Positions 37,841-45,641 of a stretch of DNA of 64,000 nt are shown piece after piece. The number at the start of each line of letters is the position of its first letter. Positions within the stretch are counted from its first letter, which is position 1. The position numbers were made by a program, and so were the translations under genes. Source of the DNA: Rhizomicrobium sp. (GTDB taxonomy: Bacteria > Pseudomonadota > Alphaproteobacteria > Micropepsales > Micropepsaceae). The stretch is taken from positions 43,894-107,893 of the forward strand of contig JBOHKI010000003.1 of assembly GCA_050728855.1 (NCBI GenBank). The letters run 5' to 3'. Below the pieces are notes generated by a model. The model was not told the origin of the DNA. It did no database searches and worked only from the letters and a program-made list of their open reading frames with translations.

Positions 37841-38881
37841 TCAGTCGCGCCCCGAAGCGCGCGCGATTTCCAGCAGCCGGTCCACGTCTTCGTCCGGCGT
37901 CGCGAAGGCGCAGACCAGGCGCGCGAGCACCCGGCCGTCGCGCGAGGTTTCCCAGTCGTAGAAGCGCGCCCCTACCTGGCGCAGCCTTGCCGCCATCCCG
38001 CCGGGCATCCAGGCGAACACCGCATTCGCCTCCACCGGCGCCGCCAGCGTGACGCCCGCGATGCGCCTAAGTCCTTCGCCCAGCCGCGCGGCCAGCGCGT
38101 TGGCGCGGCGCGCCGTATCGAGCCAGCGCCCGGCGGCGAGATAGGCGTCGAGCTGGGCGGAGACGAAGCGCATCTTCGAAACCAGATGCCCCGCCTTCTT
38201 CTGGCGGTAGGCGAAACCGGCGGCGCGGGCGGGATCGAAGAAGATAGCGACCTCGGCCATCAGCGCGCCGTTCTTGGTCGCGCCCAGCGACAGCGCGTCG
38301 ACGCCGGCGCGCCAGGCGATGTCGGCGGGCGCGCAGCCCAGGCTCGCGACGGCGTTGGCGAAGCGCGCGCCGTCCATGTGCAGCGCCATGCCGTGGCCGT
38401 GCGCGCAATCGGCCAGCGCGCGGATTTGCGCCGGCGTGTAGACGGCGCCCATTTCGCTGGCCTGCGTGATGCTGACCACGGCCGGCTTGGGGCTGTGCAC
38501 GCCGGCGCTGAATTCGCCGAGCGCGGCCTCAATCGCGGCGGGCCCGATCCTGGCGTGCTCGCCCTCCAGCAGCACCAGCTTGCCGCCGCCGGTGAAGAAT
38601 TCCGGCGCGCCGCATTCGTCCACCGCGATGTGGCTCTTGCGGTGGCAGAAGACCGCGCCATACATCGGGCACAGCACCGCCAGGCTCAGCGCATTGGCCG
38701 CCGTCCCGCTCACCACCGCAAACGCCGCCAATTCATGCTCGAAGATTTCCGCCAGGCGCTCGCGCACCCGCACCGTCAGCGCGTCCTCGCCATAGGAGAC
38801 CGCCGTGCCCTCCGCGGCCCGCGCCACCGCCGCCAATATCTCAGGTGACGCACCGTAAGCATTGTCGCTGACGAAGTTCAT
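37841..38881 (-). CDS. ltaE: Low-specificity L-threonine aldolase
   Basis: MNFVSDN, YGED, GTAANAL, SHIAVDECGAPEFF, LHMDGARFANA, SLGATKNG. Confidence 0.88.
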   Translation of the reverse strand: MNFVSDNAYGASPEILAAVARAAEGTAVSYGEDALTVRVRERLAEIFEHELAAFAVVSGTAANALSLAVLCPMYGAVFCHRKSHIAVDECGAPEFFTGGGKLVLLEGEHARIGPAAIEAALGEFSAGVHSPKPAVVSITQASEMGAVYTPAQIRALADCAHGHGMALHMDGARFANAVASLGCAPADIAWRAGVDALSLGATKNGALMAEVAIFFDPARAAGFAYRQKKAGHLVSKMRFVSAQLDAYLAAGRWLDTARRANALAARLGEGLRRIAGVTLAAPVEANAVFAWMPGGMAARLRQVGARFYDWETSRDGRVLARLVCAFATPDEDVDRLLEIARASGRD

Positions 38882-39073
38882 TTTCTCGATGTCATGGCCC
38901 GCGAATGCGGGCTACCCAGGTGAAGTTGGCAGGATTTTGCCCGCGCTGTCGAGCGAGTACAGAGATAGCCGGGCGGGCGTCAGCTGGGTGGCCCGCTCGC
39001 GGGCCATGACAATTGGAGAATTGCCATCGCCCCCGTTTGATGCTGCAATCGAAGGAACGGTATGGGTGAGAAT

Positions 39074-40270
39074 ATGGCGGATCTGGAAGCGTTTCGCAGC
39101 GAAACCCGCGCCTGGCTGGAGGCGAATTGTCCGGCCTCGATGCGCGGGCAGGGCGGCGGCGCGTTCGAGGACGACGCGGTGTGGGGCGGCCGCAAGGCCA
39201 CCTACAGGAACCCCGACGCCAAGCTCTGGCTCGACCGCATGGGCGGCCGGGGCTGGACCGCGCCCACCTGGCCGAAAGACTATGGCGGCGGCGGCCTCTC
39301 CAAGGACGAGGCCAAGGTGCTGAGCCAGGAGCTCGCCCGCATCAAGGCGCGTCCGGCGCTGCTCTCCTTCGGCCTGTGGATGCTGGGCCCGGTGCTGCTG
39401 GAATATGCGAGCGAAGAGCAGAAGAAGACCTACCTGCCCAAGATCGTGCGCGGCGAGATCCGCTGGTGCCAGGGCTATTCCGAACCCGGCGCGGGCTCCG
39501 ACCTCGCCTCGCTCAAGACCAAGTGCGAGGACAATGGCGATCACTTCCTGATCAACGGCCAGAAGGTGTGGACCTCCTACGCCGACCAGGCCGACTGGAT
39601 CTTCTGCCTCGTCCGCACCGATGCGACGAAGAAGCACGAAGGCATCTCCTTCGTGCTGTTCGACATGGCGAGCCCCGGCGTCGAGCCCCGCCCGATCAAG
39701 CTGATCAGCGGCCAGTCGCCGTTCTGCGAAACCTTCTTCACCGACGTGAAGGTCCCCAAACACCAGATGGTGGGCAAGCTCAACGGCGGCTGGGAGATCG
39801 CCAAGCGCCTCCTGCAATACGAGCGCCAGAACATCTCCTCCGGCGGCTTCGGCGGCGGCGCCGGCGTGGAGCTGGAGGACGTCGCCAAGCACTATGCGGG
39901 CGAGGATGCCGGCGCGATCGCCGACGCCGATTTGCGCGCCCGCGTCGCCGCGCACCGCATGGAGGCCCGCGCCTTCGCGCTGACCGTTCGCCGCATCGAG
40001 GAAGAATCCAGGGCACAGAAGGGCCCGAGCCCCGCGGTCTCGATCATCAAATACGCCGCCGCCAAATTGAACCAGGAGCGTTGCGAGCTGATGGTGGAAG
40101 CCATGGGCACGCAGGGCCTGGGCTGGGACGGCGACGGCTACGCGCCGGGCGAGATCGCCGCCATGCGCGGCATGCTGCGATCGAAAGGCAATTCCATCGA
40201 AGGCGGCACGTCGGAGGTGAATCTCAACGTGATCTCGAAAAGAGTATTGGGCCTTTTGGATCATCAATGA
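39074..40270 (+). CDS. Acyl-CoA dehydrogenase, large (PimC/FadE26-type) subunit
   Basis: WCQGYSEPGAGSDLASL, INGQKVWTS, CETFFTDVKVP, GWEIAKRLLQYER, IEGGTSEV. Confidence 0.9.
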   Translation: MADLEAFRSETRAWLEANCPASMRGQGGGAFEDDAVWGGRKATYRNPDAKLWLDRMGGRGWTAPTWPKDYGGGGLSKDEAKVLSQELARIKARPALLSFGLWMLGPVLLEYASEEQKKTYLPKIVRGEIRWCQGYSEPGAGSDLASLKTKCEDNGDHFLINGQKVWTSYADQADWIFCLVRTDATKKHEGISFVLFDMASPGVEPRPIKLISGQSPFCETFFTDVKVPKHQMVGKLNGGWEIAKRLLQYERQNISSGGFGGGAGVELEDVAKHYAGEDAGAIADADLRARVAAHRMEARAFALTVRRIEEESRAQKGPSPAVSIIKYAAAKLNQERCELMVEAMGTQGLGWDGDGYAPGEIAAMRGMLRSKGNSIEGGTSEVNLNVISKRVLGLLDHQ

Positions 40271-40273
40271 GTT

Positions 40274-40423
40274 CTTCCTCCCCCGCGAGAGCGGGGGAGG
40301 GGACCGCGAAGCGGTGGAAGGGTGTGTTGGTGTTGACGATGATTGTCGAAATCGACTCACCCCTACCGTCACGCGCCACCTCGGCGGCGCGCGCCACCTT
40401 CCCCGCTCTCGCGGGGCAGGAAG
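40274..40423. repeat. Palindromic element, CCTCCCCCGCGAGAGCGGGGGAGG family
   Basis: Inverted arms CTTCCTCCCCCGCGAGAGCGGGG / CCCCGCTCTCGCGGGGCAGGAAG directly after a stop codon. Confidence 0.8.
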
Positions 40424-40430
40424 CAGGGAG

Positions 40431-41633
40431 ATGAACATGTCGACCGCCGACGATCTCGAATCCTTCCGCGCCGAGACGCGTGCCTGGCTCGCGGAGAACT
40501 TTCCGGCCTCGCTGAAGGACCGCGACGTGTCGATGACCGCCATGGCCGGCATCGCGCTCACGGGCGACGCCAAACTGTGGCAGGAGCGGATGGGCGCCAA
40601 GGGCTGGGGCACGCCCACCTATCCCAAAGCCTATGGCGGCGGCGGCCTGAGCCCCGCACAGACCAGGGTCCTCCAGCAGGAGATGGCGCGCATCGGCGCC
40701 AAGAATCCGATCGGCGGCATGGGCGTGATGATGTTCGGCCCGACGCTGCTGGAATACGGCAGCGAGGCGCAGAAGGCGCGCCACGTCCCCGGCATCGTCA
40801 CCGGCTCCGTGCGCTGGTGCCAGGGCTATTCCGAGCCCAATGCCGGCTCCGATCTCGCGGCGCTGCGCACCCAGGCCGTCGACATGGGCGACCACTACGT
40901 CGTCAACGGCCAGAAGATCTGGACCAGCGGCGCGCAATTCGCCGACTGGTGCTTCTGCCTCGTCCGCACCGACAATTCCAAAAAGCACGAAGGCATCTCG
41001 TTCCTCCTCATCGACATGAAATCGCCCGGCATCGAGGTGCGCCCGATCAAGCTCATCAGCGGCAACTCGCCGTTCTGCGAGACCTTCTTCACTGATGTGA
41101 AGGTGCCCAAGGAAAACCTGATGGGCCCGCTCAACGGCGGCTGGACCATCGGCAAGCGCCTGCTCCAGTTCGAGCGCGCCGGTCTCGGCAGCGGCGGCGG
41201 CAGCGCCGGGCGCGGCGGCGCGATACAGGCCATCGACGAGATCGCCAAGACCTATGCCGGCACCGACGACAAGGGCCGCATCGCCGACCGCGACCTGCGC
41301 GCCCGCATCGCCCGGCACCAGATGGACGCCAGGGCCTTCGCGCTCACCATCCAGCGCGCCCAGGCCGAAGCCCGCTCCAACATGAGCCCCAGCGCCACCA
41401 CCTCCATCATGAAGAACGCCGGCTCGCGGCTCCAGCAGGACCGCGCCGAACTGCTGCTGGAGATCATGGGCAGCCAGGGCCTGGGCTGGGACGGCGACGG
41501 TTTCTCCCGCGAGGAGATCGAATCCACCCGCGCCTGGCTCGGCGGCAAGGCCGTCACGATCTATGGCGGCACCTTCGAGATCCAGAACAACATCATCGCC
41601 AAGCGGATATTGGGGTTGCTGGATCATCAATGA
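40431..41633 (+). CDS. Acyl-CoA dehydrogenase, large (PimC/FadE26-type) subunit, paralog
   Basis: WCQGYSEPNAGSDLAAL, GWTIGKRLLQFER, TIYGGTFEIQ; ends KRILGLLDHQ like the preceding gene. Confidence 0.9.
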   Translation: MNMSTADDLESFRAETRAWLAENFPASLKDRDVSMTAMAGIALTGDAKLWQERMGAKGWGTPTYPKAYGGGGLSPAQTRVLQQEMARIGAKNPIGGMGVMMFGPTLLEYGSEAQKARHVPGIVTGSVRWCQGYSEPNAGSDLAALRTQAVDMGDHYVVNGQKIWTSGAQFADWCFCLVRTDNSKKHEGISFLLIDMKSPGIEVRPIKLISGNSPFCETFFTDVKVPKENLMGPLNGGWTIGKRLLQFERAGLGSGGGSAGRGGAIQAIDEIAKTYAGTDDKGRIADRDLRARIARHQMDARAFALTIQRAQAEARSNMSPSATTSIMKNAGSRLQQDRAELLLEIMGSQGLGWDGDGFSREEIESTRAWLGGKAVTIYGGTFEIQNNIIAKRILGLLDHQ

Positions 41634-41638
41634 AAGCC

Positions 41639-41741
41639 TGTCATCCCGGCCGAGCGATGCGGATGCATCGCGCAGAGCCGGGACCCACGGAGCGGCAATC
41701 GCGATGGGTCCCGGGTCTCGCTGCGCTCGCCCGGGATGACA
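41639..41741. repeat. Palindromic element, TGTCATCCCGG..CCGGGATGACA family
   Basis: 11-bp terminal inverted repeat with nested hairpins. Confidence 0.8.
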
Positions 41742-41778
41742 TCGAGGTTTGGAATGACAACACGGAAGTGGTGCTGAA

Positions 41779-42870
41779 ATGGCAGTCTTGAGCGAAGAAC
41801 AAACCATGCTGCGCGACGCGGCGAAGTCGTGGGTGAGCGGGAAATCGCCCGTCACCCAATTCCGCAAGCTGCGCGACAGCGCCAATGCGGATGGCTTCGA
41901 CCGCGCCGCGTGGAAAGAAATGGCCGAGATGGGCTGGGCGGGGATCATCATCCCCGAGGAATTCGGCGGCTCCGGCATGGGCTACCAGACGCTGGGCCTC
42001 GTGCTGGAGGAAACCGGCCGCACGCTCACCGCCTCGCCGCTCGTCTCCACCGCCCTCGTCGCAACCTCGGCATTGCTGCTCGGCGGCAGCGAGGCGCAGA
42101 AACGGGAATGGCTGCCCAGGATCGCCGAAGGCAAGGCCATCGCCACGCTGGCGGTCGACGAAGGCCCGCATCACGCGCCCGAGAAGCTCGCCTTCGAAGC
42201 GAGGAAGACCGGCGGCGGCTACACGCTGAACGGCAGGAAGGTGTTCGTGCTCGACGGCGCCACCGCCGATCTCGTCATCGTCGCGGCCAGGAACGGCCTG
42301 TTCCTGGTGCCGGGCGACGCGAAGGGTCTCACCCGCACGGCGCTCAGGAGCGTCGACAGCCGCGGCGTCGCCAATCTCGAATTCCAGGACGTGGAAGTGC
42401 CCGCCGTCGCAATGATGAGCGCCGATGTGCTCGATGCCGTGCTCGACCGCGCCCGCGCCGGCCTCGCCGCCGAGATGCTGGGCTCGGCCACGCAGAGCTT
42501 CGAGACCACGCTCGATTACCTCAAGACCCGCGTGCAGTTCGGCCAGGTCATCGGCACCTTCCAGGCCTTGCAGCACCGCGCCGCCAAGATGTTTACCGAT
42601 CTGGAGTTGACGCGCTCCTGCGTCGAGGCCGCGCTCGCCGCCATCGACAGGAACGCCAATGACGTGGCCGCGCTCGCCTCGCTCGCCAAGGCCAAGGCCA
42701 GCGAGCTCGCGCATCTCGTCTCCAACGAAATGGTCCAGATGCATGGCGGCATCGGCATGACCGACGCCCACGATTCCGGTCTCTACCTGAAGCGCGCTCG
42801 CGCCGCGGAAGCGAGTTTCGGCGGCGCCTCCTACCACCGCGACCGCTACGCAAGGCTGATGGGATACTGA
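41779..42870 (+). CDS. Acyl-CoA dehydrogenase, small (PimD/FadE27-type) subunit
   Basis: LSEEQTMLRD, RVQFGQVIGTFQALQHR, QMHGGIGMT; lacks the YSEP..GSD motif. Confidence 0.9.
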   Translation: MAVLSEEQTMLRDAAKSWVSGKSPVTQFRKLRDSANADGFDRAAWKEMAEMGWAGIIIPEEFGGSGMGYQTLGLVLEETGRTLTASPLVSTALVATSALLLGGSEAQKREWLPRIAEGKAIATLAVDEGPHHAPEKLAFEARKTGGGYTLNGRKVFVLDGATADLVIVAARNGLFLVPGDAKGLTRTALRSVDSRGVANLEFQDVEVPAVAMMSADVLDAVLDRARAGLAAEMLGSATQSFETTLDYLKTRVQFGQVIGTFQALQHRAAKMFTDLELTRSCVEAALAAIDRNANDVAALASLAKAKASELAHLVSNEMVQMHGGIGMTDAHDSGLYLKRARAAEASFGGASYHRDRYARLMGY

Positions 42871-42990
42871 CCTTCCACCCCCGTTTACGGGGGAGGAGCG
42901 CTGCGCAGCAGCGCGGGGGGGATTTTCGGCCGGCCGAAACGTCCCCCTTCGCGGCCCTTGGCCGCTCTCCCCCCGTAAACGGGGGGAGAA
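42871..42990. repeat. Palindromic element, CCCCCGTTTACGGGGGAGG family
   Basis: CCCCCGTTTACGGGGGAG / CTCCCCCCGTAAACGGGGGGAG arms between convergent genes. Confidence 0.8.
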
Positions 42991-42992
42991 AA

Positions 42993-43481
42993 TCACTCCG
43001 CCGCGATGGCGCCGAGTTTGTAGGAGGCGAGCGCTTCCAGCTCGTTGACCACTTCGTCGCCCAGCAGCGTGGCTTCGTCCGTGGCGCGGGCGGCGCGGCC
43101 GACGGCGTCGACATGCAGCATCACCACCATGCGGTCCGGCGTCTGGCCGCGGCGCATGGCGGCGTCGAGATAGAGGCAGAGCTTGTTGGCGATGCGCCCG
43201 GCGGCGACGAGGCCGACGGTGCCGGCGAGCCCGCGGATCTCGTGGGCGCGCAGATAGGTCTCGGCATGGTCGCCGAATTGCGCCGCCTTCTCGAGCGACG
43301 ACACATAGTCCAGCACCGCGTCCTTGAGCTGGGATGCGCGCGCGGTCAGCGCCCGGCCGGCGCGCTTGGCGGCGGTCTCGCTCTTCAGCAGCGCCACGAA
43401 TTGGGAAACGTCCACCGGCCGCAGCATGGCGGGGTAGGATTTCGCGTCGATGATCTCAGCCTTGCGCTTGCGGGTGAACAT
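42993..43481 (-). CDS. Hpt (histidine phosphotransfer)-like protein
   Basis: AHEIRGLAGTVG matches the Hpt HxxKG.AG..G motif; 7 nt downstream of a single-domain response regulator. Confidence 0.7.
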   Translation of the reverse strand: MFTRKRKAEIIDAKSYPAMLRPVDVSQFVALLKSETAAKRAGRALTARASQLKDAVLDYVSSLEKAAQFGDHAETYLRAHEIRGLAGTVGLVAAGRIANKLCLYLDAAMRRGQTPDRMVVMLHVDAVGRAARATDEATLLGDEVVNELEALASYKLGAIAAE

Positions 43482-43488
43482 GGCATTC

Positions 43489-44004
43489 CTACTGCATCGC
43501 CAGATCGTCTTTGTAGTCCTCGGCGCGGCGCCATGGTCCCGGATAGTCGTCCATCCGGCGGCGGCGGCGGTCGGGCCCGAAATAACCGTCGCAGCGCACG
43601 AAGGGCCGCGGCCGGTCGACGATCTCCACGATGCGGCTGAGCAGGTTCTGCACCGTGATCGGCTTGGCGAGGAATTCCGTGACGCCGGCATCGCGCGCCG
43701 CTTCCACGCGCGGCCGCTCGGTGTGGCCGGTGATCATCACGATCGGCACGTAGGGATTGGGGGTGTCATGGCCGGTGCGGATCTTGCGGGTGAACTCGAT
43801 CCCGTCCATCGGCTTCATCGACAGGTCGGTGAGGACGAAATCGGGCTTGCGCTCGCGCAGCTCCTGATAGCCCTGGCTGCCGTCGGTGCACTCATAGACC
43901 TGCTTCATCCCCAGCGCGTGCAGCAGCGAGCGCAGGAGCGCGCGCATATGGGCGTTGTCCTCGACGACCAGCGCCTTCAGGTAATCGAATGCGGCAGCCG
44001 TCAT
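43489..44004 (-). CDS. CheY-like response regulator with c-di-GMP-binding ARR tail (Cle-type)
   Basis: Receiver residues VEDN, TDLSMKPMDG, MITG, LAKP; tail YFGPDRRRRR..YPGPWRR contains two [YF]xGPx[RK]R motifs. Confidence 0.82.
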   Translation of the reverse strand: MTAAAFDYLKALVVEDNAHMRALLRSLLHALGMKQVYECTDGSQGYQELRERKPDFVLTDLSMKPMDGIEFTRKIRTGHDTPNPYVPIVMITGHTERPRVEAARDAGVTEFLAKPITVQNLLSRIVEIVDRPRPFVRCDGYFGPDRRRRRMDDYPGPWRRAEDYKDDLAMQ

Positions 44005-44137
44005 GGGGCGCCCGCACGTATCGGGCGCCGCGCTTGCGGCAGGCGGCATATCGGCAGCACTATCGGCGCTCCCCAAAAAAGCTCGACGTGAATGAACAAG
44101 CTATGATCGTCTGGTTAGCAAACCCTTAGCGGATTCG

Positions 44138-44623
44138 ATGGAACTTTCCCCACCACGGCGCGACATGACCCGCCTTGCGCGGCTGCGGCTGGCGCTGATC
44201 CTGGCCGCAAAGGCGCTGCGCACGCCGGTCGCGTTCGGGGCCAGCGCCGTGGTGGAAGACGGCGGCGGCCGCGTGCTGCTGGTGCGCCATTCCTACATGA
44301 GCGGCTGGCACTTCCCCGGCGGCGGGGTGGACGCGGGCGAGCCGCCCGCCCAGGCCGTCATCCGCGAGCTGCGGGAGGAAGTCGGGCTGGTGACCAGCGC
44401 CCCGCCGGAATTCCTCGGCCTGTTCACCCGCCGGGTGGGCTGGGCCACCAACGTCATCGTCCTCTACCGCGTGCGCGACGCCGTGCTCGCCTTCAAGCCC
44501 AATCTGGAGATCCGCGAAATCCTCTTCGCCGATCCCAAGGCCCCGCCCGACGGCGCCACCGCCGGCGTCTGCCGCCGCCTGCGCGAACTCTCCACCGCAA
44601 CCCCCCACCCGCCGCAGTGGTGA
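44138..44623 (+). CDS. NUDIX hydrolase
   Basis: Nudix box GGGVDAGEPPAQAVIRELREEVG. Confidence 0.88.
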   Translation: MELSPPRRDMTRLARLRLALILAAKALRTPVAFGASAVVEDGGGRVLLVRHSYMSGWHFPGGGVDAGEPPAQAVIRELREEVGLVTSAPPEFLGLFTRRVGWATNVIVLYRVRDAVLAFKPNLEIREILFADPKAPPDGATAGVCRRLRELSTATPHPPQW

Positions 44624-44671
44624 GAAACGTACATCTCCCTCACCCCCGCGGGTGCGGGGGAGCCCTGAAGA

Positions 44672-44814
44672 CAACCTCCCCCTTGCGGGGAGGTCGAAAA
44701 ATGCCCTTCGCATTTTTCGGGTGGGGGGCCGAGCCGCGCTTTCGCCACCGTGCCCCCCACCCAAAAATTCTCGCCGTGCTCGAATTTTTCGACCTCCCCG
44801 CAAGGGGGAGGTTG
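44672..44814. repeat. Palindromic element, AACCTCCCCCTTGCGGGGAGGTCG family, copy 1
   Basis: Perfect 31-bp inverted arms 44672-44702 / 44784-44814 with internal hairpins. Confidence 0.88.
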
Positions 44815-44891
44815 ATTATGGCGCTAAATCAGGGAGATAGGGTTCGGCCGAAGGGCGCATGGGCTGCCACAAACTTTCCTGTTCGCACCCC

Positions 44892-44920
44892 TTGTGTTCT
44901 ACTTTAGGGTGTACTATATC
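44892..44920 (+). promoter_or_regulatory. Putative sigma70 promoter for the candidate ncRNA
   Basis: TTGTGT-N17-TATATC in an AT-rich patch; no ORF follows. Confidence 0.5.
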
Positions 44921-44949
44921 TCCTGCCGAGGACACGCAGGAGTTTCATT

Positions 44950-45174
44950 GGGTGACGTAGCCACAGCGCAAGACCAGACAGGCAAGGGCGCACACTTGCG
45001 TGCAGCCCGCGCCGGTTGGAGATGACGGGCATGCGTGCGCCCCACCCGACGGGGATTTTTGGGCGCAGGGCCAGCGGTCTCTCTCCGGCATGCAAGCCGT
45101 GGAGATACCCATCGGGTGAACGAGCGGAAGGGTTCGAATCCTCCACGCCGCCGGCCCGCTGGCGATCACCCCCA
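44950..45174 (+). ncRNA. Candidate structured ncRNA with tRNA-like features, unassigned
   Basis: 5' GGGTGA pairs with 3' TCACCC, followed by CCA; T-loop GGTTCGAATCC at 45131-45141; at least five internal hairpins; upstream promoter and downstream hairpin. Confidence 0.6.
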
Positions 45175-45205
45175 GCCCTGGCCATCGCGATGGTCCAGGG
45201 CTTTG
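45175..45205 (+). terminator. Hairpin immediately after the CCA end (terminator or processing trailer)
   Basis: GCCCTGG-CCATCG/CGATGG-T-CCAGGGC followed by TTT. Confidence 0.55.
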
Positions 45206-45229
45206 GCGTGTATGGGGCGCGCCTCTGCT

Positions 45230-45374
45230 CAACCTCCCCCTTGCGGGGGTTGGTAGCGACAGCGTGCCAACGAAAAATGCCCTTCGCATTTTTCGGGTGG
45301 GGGAACGCGCTGGCGGAGAGAACCCCCGCCCGAAATCGCGTTGCGCGATTTCGACCTCCCCGTAAGGGGGAGGT
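45230..45374. repeat. Palindromic element, AACCTCCCCCTTGCGGGG family, copy 2, with inserted mini-hairpin
   Basis: Shares the identical 33-mer CGAAAAATGCCCTTCGCATTTTTCGGGTGGGGG with copy 1 in the same orientation. Confidence 0.85.
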
Positions 45375-45411
45375 GGGAGAGGGTGGCTCACTTCTCCGCG
45401 TACGGATTTAT

Positions 45412-45605
45412 TCGCGGTGTGGAGGGGGACGGCAGTGGTGAAGAGACGCGCTCTGCTTTCGCCCGCAATCTCACCCCCTCCGTCTCGCACGACTGTCGTC
45501 GTGCGATCCACCTCCCCCTGCCTACGCAAAGGCTTCGGCAGGCGAGTGAGCGCACACCCGGCCACCGGAGCTTCAGCGCAGGTGGCCGCTCTCGCGGGGG
45601 AGGAA
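45412..45605. repeat. Degenerate CCTCCCCC-GCTCTCGC-GGGGGAGG family element with a 69-nt nested insert
   Basis: Same arm as 40274-40423 but interrupted between CCTCCCCC (45511-45518) and GCTCTCGCGGGGGAGG (45588-45603). Confidence 0.7.
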
Positions 45606-45641
45606 GCCGGGAAGGGGAGGTGGGAAGGGCGCACGAGCGCC

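Noticed and set aside
44950-45174. Calling the structured RNA a tRNA, tmRNA, RNase P RNA, SRP RNA or 6S RNA
   Set aside because: The T-loop is about 30 nt from the CCA and there is no anticodon cloverleaf; no ANDN-type tag frame or permuted tmRNA junction; no GAGGAAAGTCC; no SRP GGAA/AGCAG loop; it is multibranched rather than a 6S-type rod
970-45605. CRISPR array or IS element interpretation of the palindromic repeats
   Set aside because: No regularly spaced direct repeats with unique spacers, no cas genes, and no transposase or target-site duplications seen
44624-45641. Short ORFs across the repeat/RNA region (44904-45185, 44945-45652, 45016-45441, 45341-45727)
   Set aside because: They read through palindromes, lack an RBS and recognisable motifs, and have no coding-like codon bias
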